Positions 59,915 to 64,000 of a DNA stretch of 64,000 nt are shown here, piece after piece; position 1 is the first letter of the stretch, and the number at the start of each line of letters is the position of its first letter. The position numbers and the translations under genes are program-made. This DNA is from a virus. Location: the IMG/VR virus record IMGVR_UViG_3300025096_002712, positions 32,001 to 96,000 of that record; one strand, written 5' to 3'. The notes below the pieces were generated by a model. The model saw nothing but the letters and a program-made list of their open reading frames with translations. It searched no databases and was not told the origin of the DNA.

Positions 59915-60444
59915 TGAAGTATAAAGATGAATTAATAAGAAGTATGGAGTGGTTATCCGAAAAAGAAGATACATATTTTATCGGACAATCAGTTAAGTAT
60001 AGTGGTAATGCAATTTACAATACATTGAGTACATTACCAAGTGAAAAATTAATTGAATTACCAGTATTTGAAGAAATTCAAATGAGTATGAGTACAGGTA
60101 TGGCTATGAATGGATTAGTTCCTATTAGTTGTTTTCCACGATTTGATTTTTTAATGAGATGTATGGATGCGTTGGTAAATCATTTAGATAAAATGCAAAA
60201 TATGACCGAATTCAATTATAGACCAAAAGTAATTATGAGAACATCTATTGGTTCTACCAATCCTTTAAATGGTGGTGTTCAGCATACCAATAATTATACA
60301 AATGAATTTAAATCAATTTTAAAAGAAGTCAAAGTTGTATTGTTAAATGAACCAGAAGAAATATTTCCTGCGTTTGAGAAGGCATATAATAGACAAGGTT
60401 CTACATTATTGATTGAACACGGAGATCATTATAATGATAAGTAA
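59914..60444 (+). CDS. E1 beta/transketolase pyrimidine-binding-like subunit (start probably 59914; lacks C-terminal domain)
   Basis: IELPVFEEIQMSMSTGMA, DALVNHLDK, GGVQH; TAATG coupling. Confidence 0.8.
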   Translation: MKYKDELIRSMEWLSEKEDTYFIGQSVKYSGNAIYNTLSTLPSEKLIELPVFEEIQMSMSTGMAMNGLVPISCFPRFDFLMRCMDALVNHLDKMQNMTEFNYRPKVIMRTSIGSTNPLNGGVQHTNNYTNEFKSILKEVKVVLLNEPEEIFPAFEKAYNRQGSTLLIEHGDHYNDK

Positions 60445-61606
60445 ATCTTTAGATTTAACTGGACAATCACTATGGAAATATCCACTTGCAAGTGATACTA
60501 TAGATGAACTTGATATAAGTTCTCTAATTGATTGGTTAAGCACAAATCCAAGACTTACTATGGGGGATGTTACTAAAAAGTTTGAAAGATTATGGGCCGA
60601 ATATATTGGTACTAAATATTCTGTATATGTTAATAGTGGTTCATCAGCAAATTTATTGATGGTGTATTCTCTGTTAAATGCTAACAAATTAAAGAATAAA
60701 AGATTGTTAGTTCCAGCGTGTGGATGGGTTACTACCGTAAGCCCACTCATTCAGTTTGGTATTGAACCTATAATGGTTGATGCAGATAAAGACAATTATA
60801 ATATTGATTTGAATATCGTAGAAGATTATTTAAAACAAGGTGATATTGATGGGTTTATATTTGTTCATGTTCTTGGAGTTCCACACAGAAAGAAAGACCT
60901 TTTATATTTAAAGGAAAAGTATGGATGTTATATTCTCGAAGATTCTTGTGCATCAGTCGGTGCCAAGTATGACGATGGAAGTTATGTTGGTACACTTGGG
61001 GATATGTCATCTTATTCATTTTATTTTGGTCATCAATTATCTACGATTGAAGGTGGTTTTATTAATACAGACGATGAGTTTTTATATAAGGAATTATTAA
61101 AGTTAAGATCACACGGGTGGGTAAAGGATATAGTAAATGATGAATATCGAAATGATGAAAACTTTCCTTTTATATTTAATGAACCAGGATTTAATGTAAG
61201 GTCTACTGATTTACAGGCATATATAGGATTGGGACAATTAAAAAAGGCTGATGGTATATTTCAAAAACGAAGCGAAAATCATTTACGGTATATTGAAAAA
61301 TTAAATTATAGGTTTGAATTACAAGATTGTACAAATACTATTCCTGTTAGTTTACATATTGGTATATTGGCAGAATCAAACGAACATAGAAAAAAAGTAA
61401 TTCAAGAATGTAATGAGAATAGTATAGAAACAAGAGTTTGGTCACACGGAAATCTTGGAAAACATAATTTTTGGACAAGTAGATATGGTGAATTTGAAGG
61501 AAAAATTGCAAACAAAATTTATGAACGAGGATTTATTATACCAACTCATCCATTAATAAACTTGGAAGATGTAGATTTCATATCAGAGGTTTGTAATGGA
61601 GTATAA
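60434..61606 (+). CDS. DegT-fold PLP enzyme with His at the Schiff-base position (ColD/E1-type 3-dehydratase-like; start probably 60434)
   Basis: VNSGSSANLL, EDSC, SFYFGHQLSTIEGG, LRSHGW, PGFNVR. Confidence 0.8.
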   Translation: MISKSLDLTGQSLWKYPLASDTIDELDISSLIDWLSTNPRLTMGDVTKKFERLWAEYIGTKYSVYVNSGSSANLLMVYSLLNANKLKNKRLLVPACGWVTTVSPLIQFGIEPIMVDADKDNYNIDLNIVEDYLKQGDIDGFIFVHVLGVPHRKKDLLYLKEKYGCYILEDSCASVGAKYDDGSYVGTLGDMSSYSFYFGHQLSTIEGGFINTDDEFLYKELLKLRSHGWVKDIVNDEYRNDENFPFIFNEPGFNVRSTDLQAYIGLGQLKKADGIFQKRSENHLRYIEKLNYRFELQDCTNTIPVSLHIGILAESNEHRKKVIQECNENSIETRVWSHGNLGKHNFWTSRYGEFEGKIANKIYERGFIIPTHPLINLEDVDFISEVCNGV

Positions 61607-62222
61607 TAAATTTCTTAAAGAGGGATATATAATAGTTGATGACTTTTTACCACAAGATGAGGCGTTAAAATTAGAATCGTTATATTCTAATAATAGTGAT
61701 TGGTCACTTGCAGATCAAGTAAGAGACGATTTATATACAACATCTCATTTTCAAAGTGCACGAACAAAATCTAAGTACTTACCTAAAGAGAATGAATCAT
61801 ATAGTGCTAGATTTTGGAGTTCTGTAGAATTGGTTTCACAAGTAGAAAAAATTCATGATAAATATTTTAAACCTTTATTGAAAGAAATTAGTTCGTTTGA
61901 GTTGAGTGAATATAATGTTAGATGTTATAAAATGGATGAGGGTTGTCATTACAGAACACATTTAGACCAATGGGTTGGTGATATTGGCTGTATATATTAC
62001 ATTAATCAAAAATGGATGTGGGATTGGGGAGGCATATTACATTTGGATACAGCATCAGAAGAAAATGATGATAGTGATTCTGTTGTTCCAATTTTTCCAA
62101 AATTTAATCGAGCATTGATTATGAATAATACACTTGAAAAGTTTAAGTTTCCACATTTTATTAGTCATGTGGCAGACTACGCACAGTATCCAAGATATAC
62201 ATTAATTACATTTGGGAGATAA
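61596..62222 (+). CDS. Fe(II)/2OG oxygenase (prolyl-4-hydroxylase-like)
   Basis: YRTHLD, YYIN..W..DWGG.L, PKFNR, HFISHV, RYTL. Confidence 0.85.
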   Translation: MEYNKFLKEGYIIVDDFLPQDEALKLESLYSNNSDWSLADQVRDDLYTTSHFQSARTKSKYLPKENESYSARFWSSVELVSQVEKIHDKYFKPLLKEISSFELSEYNVRCYKMDEGCHYRTHLDQWVGDIGCIYYINQKWMWDWGGILHLDTASEENDDSDSVVPIFPKFNRALIMNNTLEKFKFPHFISHVADYAQYPRYTLITFGR

Positions 62223-62223
62223 A

Positions 62224-63198
62224 ATGTTTAAAGATAAAAATATATTAGTAACTGGTGGAACAGGAATGATAGGTAGAGAGTTAGTTCAACTACTATTAGA
62301 TAGGGGAGCAAAAATAAGAGTTGCATCACTTGATGAACCAGTTGATTTTTTTGAAGAAGTAGAATTTCATAAAGTAGATTTGACCAATTATGAAAATTGT
62401 GAAATGATATGTGAGGGTATGGATTATGTATTTCATGTTGCTGGTATAAAGGCATCTGCGGAAATGCCTAAAATAAAACCTTTAAATTATTTTATTCCAT
62501 TGGTTAAGTTTAATATTAATATGATGGAAGCAGCATTTAAAGCAGGAGTGAATTGGTATTTATATACGAGTTCGTATGGAGTATACACACCATCAGAAAT
62601 ATCACACGAAGATGATATGTGGAAAACATTTCCATCTGATAATGATAAGTTGCCTGGTTGGGCAAAACGAATGGGTGAATTACAGGCAGAAGGTTATAAA
62701 ATACAATATGATTGGGATAATATTTCTATTGTTAGACCAGCCAATGTTTATGGTAAATGGGATAATTTTGAATTAGAAACTGCAATGGTAATCCCATCTT
62801 TAATTAGAAAGGCAGAAGAGGCAGGTGTTGGTGGAACTATGAGTGTTTGGGGAGATGGAACACCAATTAGAGATTTTATTCATTCTAAAGATGTAGCAAG
62901 AGGAATGGTTTTTGCAGTAGAAAATAAAATAACTGAACCATTGAATCTTGGAAGTGGGGATGGTGTTAATATTGCAAAATTAGCATCAAGTATTGCTGCA
63001 CGTTTTGAATGTGGAATTGATTTTGATTCAAGTAAACCAAATGGTGATCACAAAAGAATATTAGATATGTCAAGGGCATATAGTTATGGTTTTAAAAATG
63101 TGGTTGATATTGATGATGGTATTGAAGAAACTATTGAATGGTATCTTGATAATAAAGATAATAAATTAGATTTTAGACATAATCCATTTGAGGACTGA
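62224..63198 (+). CDS. GDP-L-fucose synthase/ColC-like extended SDR (start probably 62224)
   Basis: TGGTGMIG, RPANVYG, VIPSLIRK, VWGDGTPIRDFIH, NLGSG, FDSSKPNG; YxxxK appears as PGWAK. Confidence 0.75.
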   Translation: MFKDKNILVTGGTGMIGRELVQLLLDRGAKIRVASLDEPVDFFEEVEFHKVDLTNYENCEMICEGMDYVFHVAGIKASAEMPKIKPLNYFIPLVKFNINMMEAAFKAGVNWYLYTSSYGVYTPSEISHEDDMWKTFPSDNDKLPGWAKRMGELQAEGYKIQYDWDNISIVRPANVYGKWDNFELETAMVIPSLIRKAEEAGVGGTMSVWGDGTPIRDFIHSKDVARGMVFAVENKITEPLNLGSGDGVNIAKLASSIAARFECGIDFDSSKPNGDHKRILDMSRAYSYGFKNVVDIDDGIEETIEWYLDNKDNKLDFRHNPFED

Positions 63199-63199
63199 T

Positions 63200-64000
63200 A
63201 TGGGATATTTAAAAATAACGAACAAATTTTGGCAAAGTGACGTCTGTACTGGTTTTGGAAATCGTATTCCACATTGGGCATTAGCATATAAAATAAGTGA
63301 ACACCACGATTTTAAATTTACTATTTTACTTGATTCATTTCATTGGCCAGAAACCACTTATGTTGATTTCCCACAGACAGAATCTACTTTTTTAGATGAT
63401 AATTTATACGGAGAGTTTATAGAACTCACAATGGATGAGAGTATATTAGACTTGGATACATCTAAAAATTACTATTTGAATGGTGAGAATTTAGAAAGTG
63501 TAGAAAAATCAGAACCATCTAATCCAGAACCAACTGGAATTTTCTATTTACCTCCAGTTTATACATTATTAAAATTAAAAAATTCTTATTTAGAGTCTTT
63601 AATAAAAGATAAAGTAAAAGATGCAGTAGGTGTTCATGTGAGAAAAAATAATGTTGCTCCTGTTGATATTTCAGAAGGAGATATTATTTACGAAAGAAAT
63701 ACTGATTTATATGAAGCATATGAAAAGGTAGAATATATTAATACCTTTTCTGAATTGGTAAAAGATTATGATGATGGTCAAATATTTTACATAAGTAGTG
63801 ATATATCAACAACATATAGAGATTTAAAGGCTATGAATGAAGAAGAACTTTTTTCTTTGTTCCCTAATTATAGTGATTTTTTTGTTACAAAAGAAATATA
63901 TCAAGAATATAATTGTATAGATTATACTGATATAATTCCAGATTATAATTTTGGATTTCCACTTGGAGCTATGAATGATAATGGTGTATTAAAAAGTGGT
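63200..64000 (+). CDS. GT11-like fucosyltransferase-like protein, 3'-truncated, absent from ORF track
   Basis: Manual translation open to the window end: MGYLKIT..TGFGNRI..AVGVHVRK..FYISSD. Confidence 0.7.
   Translation, partial: MGYLKITNKFWQSDVCTGFGNRIPHWALAYKISEHHDFKFTILLDSFHWPETTYVDFPQTESTFLDDNLYGEFIELTMDESILDLDTSKNYYLNGENLESVEKSEPSNPEPTGIFYLPPVYTLLKLKNSYLESLIKDKVKDAVGVHVRKNNVAPVDISEGDIIYERNTDLYEAYEKVEYINTFSELVKDYDDGQIFYISSDISTTYRDLKAMNEEELFSLFPNYSDFFVTKEIYQEYNCIDYTDIIPDYNFGFPLGAMNDNGVLKSG

Noticed and set aside
59327-60444. Pyruvate dehydrogenase as an auxiliary metabolic gene
   Set aside because: Subunits are truncated, E2/E3 are absent and the context is NDP-sugar synthesis.
37060-62224. 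ORF-track starts at 37060, 44616, 46079, 49304, 54230, 57715, 59899, 60413 and 62212
   Set aside because: Downstream starts fit SD position, stop-start coupling and/or domain N-termini better; adjusted in the feature list.
28-63287. Many 60-156 aa ORFs in the track on the minus strand or in alternate frames (e.g. 2702-3118, 9951-10358, 14051-14521, 31233-31640)
   Set aside because: They lie wholly or almost wholly within well-supported + strand genes, have shadow-like composition, and show no motifs.
20790-64000. Ordinary bacterial O-antigen/capsule locus
   Set aside because: No wzx/wzy/wzz/ABC transporter or priming transferase seen, and it is contiguous with phage tail and replication genes. 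Such genes could still lie beyond the window edge.
1-64000. Stop-codon reassignment, as seen in some large phages
   Set aside because: Genes are full-length and tightly coupled under the standard bacterial code, with TAA, TGA and TAG all used as stops.

Overview
AT-rich (roughly 30% GC by eye), densely coding, almost entirely + strand segment that reads as part of a large dsDNA phage genome; no rRNA, tRNA, CRISPR array or transposase was seen. Three blocks. (1) 1-4.2 kb, replication/recombination: a 5'-truncated Toprim primase, a single-chain Mre11-Rad50 (SbcD-SbcC, T4 gp47-gp46-like) fusion, and an uncalled 56-aa ribbon-helix-helix gene on the minus strand. (2) 4.3-20.7 kb, virion/tail module: a 3375-aa Ser/Gly/Thr-rich repeat protein, two proteins with C-terminal S74 autocleaving chaperones, a SET-domain protein, and two proteins ending in non-splicing Hint domains that flank a GT-B glycosyltransferase. 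(3) 20.8-64 kb, a ~43 kb tightly coupled glycan biosynthesis and tailoring island. Counting the GT-B gene in block 2, there are ~15 glycosyltransferase-like genes: 3 GT7 with an inserted LamG domain, 6 GT10-like, 3 GT11/GT23-like, plus GT2-, GT92- and GT4-like. The island also holds 4 B12-binding radical SAM enzymes, a repeat-fused radical SAM, 4 Fe(II)/2OG-type enzymes, a carbamoyltransferase with 4 SGNH-like proteins and an uncalled 34-aa 'PFIYK' micropeptide, and NDP-sugar enzymes (Ugd-, Gmd-, RmlC-, ColD-, Fcl-like and a split TPP E1 alpha/beta pair). I saw no flippase, polymerase or priming transferase. Best candidate novel systems, all inferences needing tests: phage-encoded glycosylation of [ST]-[GAS]-S-rich virion proteins, a Tyr-micropeptide carbamoyl relay, Hint-mediated maturation or ligation of tail-tip proteins, and a structured leader RNA before gmd. 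All family calls come from motifs recognised by eye, not database searches.
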